Shown one piece after another: positions 42,001 through 54,000 of a DNA stretch of 64,000 bases (within the stretch, counting starts at the first letter, position 1; every line of letters starts with the position of its first letter). The translations under genes and the position numbers were made by a program. Below the pieces are notes generated by a model. The model was given only the letters and a program-made list of their open reading frames with translations, searched no databases and was not told the origin of the DNA. This DNA comes from an uncultured Planctomycetia bacterium (lineage in GTDB: Bacteria; Omnitrophota; Gorgyraeia; Duberdicusellales; 4484-171): positions 21,895-85,894 of the forward strand of contig CAZABB010000003.1 in NCBI GenBank assembly GCA_964483625.1, read 5' to 3'.

Positions 42001-45000
42001 ATAAGAGAGCCGTACTCGGTGAGTTTTTACAGAAACATGATGTGCCTGGTACGGTATTGATTATCGGCGATAATGAACATGGGCTGAGCTCGATTGACAG
42101 GGAAATGAAGGAGGCGTTTCCTGACGGAGGGGTATACTTTATCGAGGTAAGCGATACCGTAGACACTTTTTATCTCTTCCGGTTCCTTGTCGACTCGGGA
42201 ATGTTCATTGCGCGAAAAAATGGTGAAGAGGACGAATTGCCCGATACGTCTTTTCTTTGTCTGACCGGTATCATCGCTGCTATCCTCCTTCCTTTTTCTC
42301 TGAGACATGCTGTATCGGCGGAGCAGGTTTTTTGCTTTCTGTTCTGCATTTCCAGTATTATTTCGCTCGGGCATGTTTTATCGGGAGTTCGGGGCGGACA
42401 AAAGGGAAATGGTTCGCTATCCGGTGCCATAGAAGATATAGAGTCCATGAGTATAGAAGCCGTAAAGAAGGCTGTGAATGGCGACAAAGTCATTGAAGCC
42501 AGCGGCAGTCCCCGGGGAGGAAAATTCTTTATCTGGACCAGGGATAGTTGTCTGGGTATGTTGGGTGTCCTGCGATGGGTAGAGAGATTATTGAGGCAGG
42601 GTAATTGCGTCCCGGGCGAGTCGTGGCTCGAGGTTATCGAGAAAAACGTAGTCTTGCTTTTGGCTCATGTCCGAGAGGATGGGGCTGCCCCGGTGAATCT
42701 GGGACAGAAACGGTGGTATACGTTGCTGGGAAAACGTCATTTTCTTTCCCGTTTCCTTGACCGCTTCGTGTATGATCATTATGATCCCCGTTATGAAACG
42801 GCTTTTATGAAACGTAATGGTATGGCTTACGATAATAACGCTTTGCTGATAACCGCCGCCGCGGAGTATTATCAGATATGCGCCGAATATGATCCGGAGC
42901 GGGCGGATTCGTTTCTCAAGAAATGGTATCCCGTACTTTGTCGCTTGCTCCGGTGGTATTGGGACCACGCCGATGAGAGACGGGAGGTAATTCATGCGCA
43001 GGGACGGTTTGCCACTTGGATGGATTCGGTCAATAAACGAGGGCACATCGGTCTTATTCAGATTCTCTACCTGAACGCTTTGTATGCCTGCGCCGAATTA
43101 TCGCAGAGATACATAGCGGCGGGTGGGAAGGCGGAAACGATCCGGGCCGCACGCCGGGAGAGAGAGGTCTGCCGGATGTTGGCACAGCGGGTGAAAGAGA
43201 ATCTCCTGTCGGAATTCTGGGTTGAGAATGGTGATGGCACCGGGTATCTTCTCGACTGGATAGATGAGGTAGGCGAACCCGTTGTCCATTTCGATACCGC
43301 AACCAATTTACTGGCGATCTATCTGGGAGTTCTCGGCGAAGAACGGATACGGAGCGTGTTTACTTACATTGAACATGCCGGAATCGATCGGCAAGGGTTA
43401 ATTATGACCCGCTATCCTTCGATGTTTCCTGAACGTTATGTGGACCGGGGATACAAATTCATCGGAATGAAAGATTATCACGGAGGCAATACCTGTTGGC
43501 TGTGGCTGGAGGGGCTTTATCTCGGTGCTCTTTGCCGGGCGGCGGAACGGCGGGTATTCTCTTATGGAGAGCCGTATTATAGGAAAGCCGCCGAGAGGGT
43601 GGAAATACTTCATGCCGCTTTAACCGGGAAAGGGGAGATATATGAGGTGGCCGATGTCCGGGGTAATCCGCGGATATGGTGGCTCGGCCCGTGGCCGTGC
43701 CATCGCAGTCAAGGCCAGTTCTTCTGGGCCGCGGGGATGATCCTGGGAGGGATTACGCATTTTAAGATGAGGGAAGAACCAGGTCTTTCCGGCAGGTCGC
43801 TTAAAGATGTTTTTGCTGCGGGGAAGAAACTGGCGGTGCTGCGGCGCAGTTACGAAGAAAAATTGATTGTCGCGGTGATTCCTGCCGTGTTGATCGGGAT
43901 TGTCTTGTTTCTTTTATACGTTTTTTCCGTGGGAGGAGAGGAAATATCTATTCTCCCCGCAGGTTTTTCTCCCCTGCTGGGAGGGATGATCTTGGGAGTA
44001 CCGGATATGTCCCGGCCGTTGACTCGCTTGAAGAAAGCATATAAAGACGGGAGGGATTTTCTGGAACGCGTCGGATTACGTTGGTATGAAACGATTTCTC
44101 TTAGTAAAGCCTTCCGGTTATTGAAGGCAAGGAACAATCATCTTGAGTTTGAAGAAAAGACGATCATGGATTGTATTATGAAAAATATTGTAATTCGGAT
44201 TATCGATTTCAGGAACGTAGGCGCGGACGTCCAGGAAGAGAGGATAAGCCTTTTGAATATATTACGGATTGTTTCGTCTCTCTATCAGAAGCAGCATGAT
44301 TCTTTGCGTTCGGTCATCGTGAAAGAACTGTTTTATCCCGAACTGGAGCAATTACTCATCCCTTCGCCCTATGTGGATCCGGAGGCAAGTCAGGTGCGTA
44401 TTCATAGGGTAGAGGAGAACATTGTTCGTTTCTGCGAAGAAGGATTGGGAGTCGATACGGATTTGCGTGTGATCAATTCCCAACGCGCGTGTCTTCGGCC
44501 GAGTAAATACCATTGGATTACGCTTACCCTGAACGGCCGCAGATACGTCCGGCTGGTACCGGCGAATCTGCTTCTGGTCGACCTTTTACGGGAAGAATTC
44601 GGCATCACCTCGGTGCAGAAATCCTGCGCGAGCGGAGAGTGCGGTGTCTGTGCGGTGATCCTGAACGGCAGAGCACTGACCAGCTGTATCGTGTTGGCGG
44701 TAGAGGCTGACGGCGCGGAAATCGAGATTTCTGAGTCGTCGTCAAACCGCTTCTTCCAATGCCGCGGCTGTCAACGGGCGGCGGAAGCGGTGTGCCGCAG
44801 CTATCTCCGGCAAGGCAGTCTATCGTCGGGTGCGGTGTCTGAAGAAGATATACGGCAAGCCTTAGCCGGCCAGTTCTGCGCCTGTACCGGATTATCGTCA
44901 CCCGCGTTGCTCAGGGAAATGAGAAGGATGTTTCAAACAGAAGAAAGGGGGAAGGTGCGGAAAGATATGGTGAAAATTCCCACACCGCATCCGTCCAATC

Positions 45001-48000
45001 TAATTCCTACCAGTGGAATCCCTCCGTTTGATTATTATACGCCTCGGACGCGCGAAGAACTGTTCGCCATCGTCGAACACGCCGCGAGCCGCTCACGAAA
45101 TTGGATTGTCCGTGCCGGCGGCACGGATTTAGTGAGTCGTTTCAAACAGACCGCAGGTACGTCGCACTATCCGGAGGTCGTCATCTCTCTGCGTCTGATA
45201 GAGGAATGTAGTGTAGTTGAGGTACGTGATGGCAGGGTACGCATTGGCGCGGGAATTACCCAGAGCGATTTAATTGACCGCCGCCGAAATCCGAAGTTGG
45301 TCGAGTTTTTCCATACCGTTTTACCGGCATTGCCGCAGGTGATCGGCGTGATGAGTTCCGGCCGGATCCGGGAGAGCGCCACGATTGTGGGAAATGTAAC
45401 TCGCGCGTCGACTCGCGGCGATTTGATCCCGGTCTTGATGGTGATGGGTACCGAAGTGGTCGTTGTGCATCGGAATGCCGACGGTCGTATCGTCGAAAGA
45501 ACGGTTCCTTTACCGGAATTTTTATGGGCGGTTCCTCGCTTGAAAGAAGAAAAGCAAATCGTCGTTGCGATTAAAATCCCTCTTGCCGCGCGGCGTCAAG
45601 TCGTATTCGCAAAAGTAGGCGGTCGGCAGACTGAAGGTCAGTTCAAATGTAAAGTGAATGTGGCCGCCGGCTGGGAGCATCCGAAACAAGGCTTTCCGGT
45701 ATTGCGGGTGGCCTATGGCGGTATCCGGCGGCGGGCGGAGCTGATCGATCCGGGACTTACTGCGGGGTTAGTACAAAATTGGTATAAACAGGATGGGCAT
45801 CTTTCCGATGAGGACCTTAGGGAATTTGCCTGTGCCAGTACCGTCCACTATACCGATGAACAATATCATCCCGCGTTTCATGATCGGATTCACCGCGGAT
45901 ACGCCCAGCGGGTTGCTTTTACGCAACAGATAGGAGCGGAGTTGTTACGAGAACTTTTTCCTGAAAGTACTGCAGACTATCCTGTTCCCATCGAAATTCC
46001 GGCATCGTTTCATTATCATCGGCCCATGCGTCAAATAACGACAGGAGGAATTGATACCGCTGATCGTTATCCGGTAATGACGGCCGATACCGTCGTTTTT
46101 GATATCCTTTATGGTCACCGTTCGCTGCGGGTAATCGAGGATATTCCCGCTTACGTCCTCGCGCGCGCTCAATGGAAACAGCTGTTTCGTGACCTTTCCC
46201 GCCGTTTTCCCGACGATGCGGCGCAGAAATTAATCAATACCGTGAAAAGGCGGATCGCTCAGGAACGAGAGTACGCAAAAAGACAGGCGGTAAAAGCACA
46301 GATAGCGACGTTGGAGCCGACGGTAAAGACAGAACATACGTATGTTCCTGATGTGGCCCAACGTTTACGGGCGGTATTCGGTGATGATTATTATCACGTA
46401 CTGCCGTTGCGCATCCGGGATATCCCACGGGTATGGGAGAAATACGGTACTCATTTTGTGCGCCGCGATGAAGACGGGGCGTTATGTTTCCGCGCCCGGC
46501 TGAAGCGTATCGGAGTGAGTGAAGAAATGGCTGCATTTCTTTCTGACCCGGTACAGCGGGGTGTGGTATTTGGTAAAGACGTTCCCCGGGAGATAACCGA
46601 CGAAGCATTTCAACAAATCAGATTGTTTTATCTCTGTGATAATTCTGGTTTTATTGCGAGTCCTAATACCGTAGTGGGCTTTGTCTATGCCCGTAATAAA
46701 AATGATCTATCCCGCATTGTACAGGATATCGAAGTTAAACTGATGCCGCTTGATCCGGTAACGACGATTGCCGAGGCACCCGCATATCAGGACAGACAGA
46801 CTTATCAGCGGGGCGCGGAAGCACACGTCCCGGAAGGGGAGAATTCCGGTGAACTGCGCAGGAATATCGGCATGAGAAGTATTCCGACCATCGGCCAACG
46901 CAGTGAATTGGCCGTCTTTAATCTTTTTGACCAATCCGCTGTCTCGGAAATCACGCTGTTCAGCGATACGCAGAAGTCGGCGCGGACTCTTGTCTGGCTG
47001 AGAAAGCTTACCGGTGTCGCTGCGCGGCTGGTTATGACTCCGGCTGCCGGGGCGTTTGGAAAAAACCTGTTTGTCGACGCGCCGCTGGCCGGATTCTTGA
47101 TTCAAGGAATGCGACAGAAAATGAGGAGCGTCGCCGCGGTTTCGCGTCGAGGCGCGTTTTTGCTCGATTCTGAGAAAATATTTGACGCGCGCAGTGTGGG
47201 AGCGAATTTCCATTTGGAGTATACGTATGACGAACAAGGGAAAATAAGAGCACTCACGGCACGTATCGACGTGGATAATGGATCTGTGCCGCTGATAGAG
47301 GAGGTCAATGAAGAGTTGTTGAACCGGTTCAAAATATTGACCGTGCCGATGATGGATATCACGGCATTTGGGTATCATACCAATATCGAATGGTGCCCGT
47401 ACGGGATACGGGGATTTAACGCCGAGCTGTCGTTGACGGTAATGAATCAGATGATTGCCGATATCGCCCGGCATATTGCGCAAAAATACAACCGGGATGA
47501 ATGGGAGGTGTTCTGGGAGGTGTGGCAGATGAATTTGCCGGATGACCCGCGCCTTACGGCAGTTATCGAAAAAACGAAACAACACCGTCTGCCGAAAGAA
47601 GATGAAGATTCGTTTCTCGGCCAGGCATTGGTGATCAAACACGCGGTCTTTCCCGGTATGTCCGCGCGCGGCAGTCTCATCCGGCATGGGCCGGGACAAT
47701 GGGGGATGAACATCCCTGCCTATGAGTTCGGCACGAAACTGGGAGAGACGTTTGAGCAGGCGTTCAATGATATCCTTGGCCAGCGGTTTTCAGCACAGAA
47801 ATTGTTACACATCAGTCATCGGGAAGTTATCTGTGCCGGACCGGACGAGTCCGGTGATGATGTGGTCGGTCTCAAAACAACCGATGCTTCCGCTTCGACG
47901 GAAAAACTGCAGGCACTCGCTCAGGATATTATCGAGAGCGGGTTACAAGTCATCCGGCAGGATGAACGGTTTTGCATTGAGGGAGATCCCAAATCAGTGC

Positions 48001-51000
48001 GTATCTTTGATCATCAAAGCAATCGACCTGTAGAATATTTTGATGCGTTGGAGATGGCGATGACAGAGCTAAACCGGCGGGAAATCCAGGGGAGTATAGA
48101 CTGGAAGATTACCGATACAAATATTATCGATCATTCCGCGATCGGCACCGCACAGATGCGCGTTGAATACGATGCCGAGGCGGGGCGACTCGCGGTTACG
48201 GATATTGTCATCGTAGCGTCTGCCGGGAAGATCATGAGCGAAGAGCGTGCCGCCGAAAATATCCGCGGCGGGATTATGCAGACATTGCCGTTTCTTATCG
48301 TCGGCCGCGACCATGATGAATACCGCCAGCATTCCTTGGATCGTGCCAATGTCGTCATCCATTTTGTGCCCGGCTTTCTCGACCATGCCATCGGGATCGG
48401 GGAATTCCCGGTACCGCTGACTATGGCTGCCGGACTTCATGTGCTTGGCCAGACTGACGCCGACATCACGGGCCTGCCTGTGCGGGAAGAAACTTTGTTT
48501 CATGAATCTCCGCTGGCGGCAGGAGGGGGGCTTTTATTGTTCCTTCCGGCAGAAGGCCTCCTGTTCGAGGCAAAGTATTCCTTTCCCGTTCTCTTTATCG
48601 GTGCCGTTATCTTTATCTCCGCGGCAATCGGTTTTCTTTTCTTTTTGCGGAAACAAGAAGGTTCAATTATCCCTATCCTCGATGCGTTCTGTCCCTGTGT
48701 GACGGTATTGTCGTTTTTGATTCTGGGGTATGCTTTCTATCGCCATACTTTCTCAACGTGGTATGTTCTTCTCAGTGTAACCGTCGGCATTGCCGCGTTG
48801 ATCGCCATGCGGTGCGCGAAAATCTCATTGGAAATCGCTGCCCAGGACGTAGCGGCACTCAAACATTTCGGGTACAAAAAACGCGAGTGCCTGTGTACCT
48901 CGGGAATCTATTCGGTATTGAGACACCCTTATTATAATATGTTCCGTCTTTTAGCGACGTACAGCATCCTTCTGTACCCTTCTCTCTACACGGTTCTTGG
49001 CGGAATGTTTATTTTTCTCTATACCGAATATGCGGCGCATGTTGAAGAACAGTATCTCGAGGCAGAATACGGCGATGAATTCCGCATGTATCGCGATGAG
49101 GTTCCTGCCTGGCTGCATCAGTTTCCCGGCCGGTTTCTCTTGGTCCTTACGGCAATGGCGGTGGTGATCTATGTTCCCTGGCCGGCCGTAATTTCTTGGT
49201 TTGTCGTCGCCGGACTGTTCTTTCTGGGAGGGATCGATGATGTGGGACGCGACAGTAGATCCGAGAATAGAGACTGTGTGTGTTGCGGTTTAAAGGATCG
49301 TTATACCGATGTATTCCTTGATGAGGCCGGGGTATGTAATTTCTGCAGGGATTTTGCACGCCGCAAAGACACCGATGAAGGTCTACAGAAAGTTTTGTCG
49401 GAAAACAGGGAGGAACAACTGGAATATCTTGGCTCTCTCTTTGCCGCTGAAAGAAAGAGAACCGGGCAAAGGGGCCGTTCTTACGATGTTCTCGCCATGG
49501 TCAGCGGAGGAAAAGATAGTATCGCGATGTTATATGAATTGATAGCGATACACCGATTAAGAGTCTTGATCTATACCGATACTTCAGGCATACAGACCTC
49601 GACCGGGGTCGAAAACATTAGGGATGCGATGCAGACATTACATATTCCTCCCTCAAATTGGGTACATAACGATACGAATGCGGGGGTAGAAATATTTACT
49701 CCTTACCTGAGAAACAGGCAGTTACGGAATGCATTGCACCCGTGTACTTTCTGTAATTTTTTTCGAAAAAATCTTGTTGTAAGAGCGTATGAAACCGCAG
49801 CGCAATACGGTATTACCCTTATCGTCGACGGACAATCATATAAGGATATGGCCATATTCGATAACTATTATGCTCAACAGAGGCAGATAGCGAGCCGTTT
49901 TATCAGAGAGCATCCGGAAGAGACAGATTTGATTTCGGAACGTTACGGATACAGTGATTTCTACGATAGAGACTGGCTGCGGGAAAGATTCCCTTATATC
50001 CGGCAGATTTCGTACTGGCAGGAAATCTTTTACGATATGGACTATTATGTGGACTTTATAAAACGTGAGCTGAAATGGAAGGCGGATAGAGAGCCCTGTA
50101 CTACTTTATGTTATATCCCGGAACTTAAAAGACTCCTGTGGGAGGTTTTTGAAATAAACGGCGGGCAGAACGGATACATTCCGCCTCATGAGTGGATAAA
50201 AGCTTTTGAACGGCGTATCGGAGCAAGACGGAAAATTATGAACGGAAAGGCCTGGCCTGGTTCGGAGGCTGAAACGATACAACGGATCAAAGGAATACTG
50301 AGCCTTTTCGATATGGATATGGAAGATTTACTGGTTCAGTTAGACCAAGACAAGCAACGGAAAGCCAGAGAAATATTGGCGAGATTCCAGGGAGAAAAAG
50401 AATCTGCTCAAAAGGGATTTGCTTTTCTGCCAATATTGGTTGTTCCAGGAGCGATAACGGAATTTCAGCAGTTATCTCCTCCCATCATCCAGTATATCCT
50501 TATTTTTGTTTTCCTCCTGATACTATCTCTGTATATTGCTTTTCTTCTGCGGGAAAAGAAAAGGTTCTCTAAAGAAAGGAAATATTCACAGCGTTTTGAA
50601 CATGAAATTGTTCTCCCCGCCCACGAATCATGGCAGGCAGTGAGAGGGGTATTGCTGGATACGGTACGGGATGGTTGGCGAGAGCTATCGGCATATGGAA
50701 TTGAGACCGGCAGGTATCAGAATCCCCAAAATTGGCGGTTTAGTGAAATCGAGGGTGTACAGCGGTATATTCTGCGGACACTTTCGGGAGAAAGACGGTT
50801 CCTGGCGCTGGTTACCTTAAGCTTTACCCGGATGCTCATATCGGCCTTTTCTGATCATTGGGAAACCGCCGGGCCCCCGCAATTACTTCAGACCTATCTG
50901 GATGAGAAAGAGCGCTTCGTAAAGTTGACCCGGGCCGCCTTAGCCGGGCTGACGCCGCGGGAGACCGAACGGTATCTGGCGGGAGACGAGGCTGTGGTTC

Positions 51001-54000
51001 ATAAAGTCTTTCGTGCCGTTTCTCCTCTATCTCCCGAACGGGTGGGATCGTTCTTTGCCCGGAAAAAACACCGGGATCTTTTAACGTACTTTTCGCAAGG
51101 CCCACCCGAACATTCGATAGAAACCGCGACCCGCCGTTTTTTTGCTTCACAACGGTTTTTCGGATCATCACGGTATGCTTCCCGGATAGCGATTGTCCGA
51201 ACCCATCTCCATACCTGCATTTTCCACGGAATAGATCATTCCAAGACCGATGCCGTCATCGATATTGTCGGCAGGGAATTGGAAGAAAATCCCCGCGCGA
51301 AAATCCTCATAGTCTGTCCTTACCTCGTAACCATGGACGCGCTGGAACATGCGTTAACTCACGCTCCCTTATTGGAAGGAAAAGCGCACGTCGTTACCTA
51401 TCGCGCTTCCACCGGTACTCCGCACCGGCGTGCCATATTGAGCCGGTTCCGTCAGGCCGAAATACTTATTGCCCAGACAGCAAAAATGGCCGAAATCGGT
51501 ACGTTACCGGATACGGTCGATGTCGTTATTTTTTATGCGCCCGATTCGAACGAGGACAGGATCATAAACAGATTCTCCTCTCTGCCGGAACGCGTCCATA
51601 TTCTGATCGCCAAAGGGACCAAAGACGTGGGACTATCCCGTATTGCCGGAGAAAAGATTACGTATCCTCCAGCGGCGTATGCATTTCTTCCCCTGCTGGC
51701 TGGCGGATATCTGACCGGGGATTTCGGATACAATATGTGGCTGCTTGGATCATGTTTTCTTGCGTGTCTTATCCTTGCCGGAATTCAACTGCCTTTGTGG
51801 CCCGACGCTTCCGGCCGGGACGACATTTCCCGGCGGGAAAATGAAGATATCGTGCTCACCCTGGCTGATGGAGATGAGTTCATCGTTGGCAACCAGGGCG
51901 TTCCTTATCGGATATTCGGAATCGACATTCTTACCTGGACGATTGCCCGGGGAATCGCCCAAAGAGAGTATATCGAGTGGGTCGAGAGGATGATAGAACA
52001 GAGAAAGACTTTGTTACATACGATGATGCGTAGACGTTCCCGGCCGCACGCCGGTAATATGAGCGAAATCGAAGAAAAAATAAAATGGTGGTGTGACCAG
52101 ACAGGAATGGCTTTACCCGGTAACTGGCAGACCTATAAATCCACGCCGCGCCGAGAAGATCGTATACGCTATCTTGATGCCTGGATTGAGGTTTTTCTCG
52201 CCGAAGGATTATGTGTCCAGACCGATCCCGGGGTCGCCCGGGCCTATCGTCTCTTCGGCATACAGAGGCTCTGGCAGGTGCCTTTTTGGGATATTCCCAT
52301 CTGGCCGGTTACCGAGGAAGGGATAATACGGGGAGATCTGATCGGGTGGATGAGAGACTCTCGGATTCAGATTCCCGGCGAATACTTTCAAGCGGAGAAG
52401 AAATCGCTTGTTGCATTATTCGGGTCGCATCATTTTTCCGCATCTAAAAAAACGCAGGGATTCTCGCCGGGAACCTCAATCGTTCCGGCAATAATTTTAT
52501 TTTTTATTTTTATGCTGTATGTATTTTTCCGGTCCGGGCATAATACTGTCCCCGCAGGAGAGGATCCCGTGGCTTTGAACCTCTCGTTTGCCTGGGCCGG
52601 AATCTTTTTCCTTCCCCTTGCCATGGGAGTTTGCACAGAGAATGAAAGTCGTGAGGTTATTGCCGCTGAGTTGAGAAAAGATATAGGTCAGTTTGAAAAG
52701 AGACGGCGTATCCTGATCGAGTCGCTTCGCGGAGGATCTTCATCCGGCCGCCCGGCAGAATTTGGCAGTACAGAAGAAGTCCAGGCGGCGTATTGGGATT
52801 TCGTGAACCGGACAAACAGTGAAATCAAGCACATCGAAGAACACATTGCTCGGCTGGAAGAAAGGTTGGCCTGGTTGGGGACAGGGTTCTTTGCGAACCT
52901 TTTCCCGTCTCATGTCGAATCTATCCTTGCCGAAATCGACCGGGGAAATCATCGGGAAATAGAACTGGATGAAAATGATCCGGTGAAAATGAAAAATATT
53001 CTGGTACGATTTTTTGTGATGTCTGAACGTATCATCTCTGTCCCGGCATTTTTTATCTATGCCCGTTATCGGGAAGGAACCCTTGAGATTTATTTATCTC
53101 GGGAAACGTACTCACTTTTTACGAAACTCTTTTCCGAAGCTGAACTTCTTATTGTCTTGCAATCGGTCTCCCGTCACGAATATGCGGAGACAGTCGAGAA
53201 AAAAAATCATCTCCAGGCGGTCGCGGGCCAGAAAAAAACCTCCAAATATGCAGCGGTGCAGGAGAAGCTCGAGTCTATTCAGGATGAATTTTCCCGTCCG
53301 TCCGATATCCGCCGGGAGATAACAGGAGTAAAAAAGACATTGGTGATAAGCGTCGCGGTTTCGGTAAGCGCCGGTATCCTGTTATTACTGCTTGAGGCGT
53401 TCCTTGGAGAGGGGACGATGTATACCCCGGGTATATTGTGTTTTGCCGCCGCGACCCTCATCGGCATTATGTATTGGTACGGCTTACCCGTGCTTGCTGC
53501 GATACAATCGCTGAACGAAAGAACAATGCAGGTCGATGACTGCGGATATTTAAGCGAGGGGTATCATAGCGGGGAGTCCGGGGCCGTCCACGATATGGAA
53601 TTTCTGGCAACGGAACAGACCATATGTTTCGTGGGAAGAAAAGCGATGCGGGAGATGACCGGGTGTGACGACCATCTTGCTCATACCGACGCGGATTCGA
53701 ATGTGCTGTATTTTCTTGGCGGAGAGGTGGAAGATCTCTATGAACGGGGAATGATAACACCGGTAACGGCGATGCAGGAATATATCAAAAAACAGGCGCT
53801 TCGATTCGGCCCTTCCTCGATAGTGAAATATGTGACGCGGCAAGAGATGCTTATCATCTCAGGAAGGATCGGCTCGGGAGTATTCATTGAGGAGATGCAT
53901 AACGTGAAGATATTCTATATCCTGGTGGGATATGTTCTGGGCGAAGAAGAAAAGATAATGACTGAGATCCATCAAAAAATCATTTTTCTTCTTATTTTTT

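Noticed and set aside
52640-52875. GreA-like N-terminal coiled coil in the giant protein
   Set aside because: There is only a generic coiled-coil resemblance. The GDLSENAEY motif is absent.
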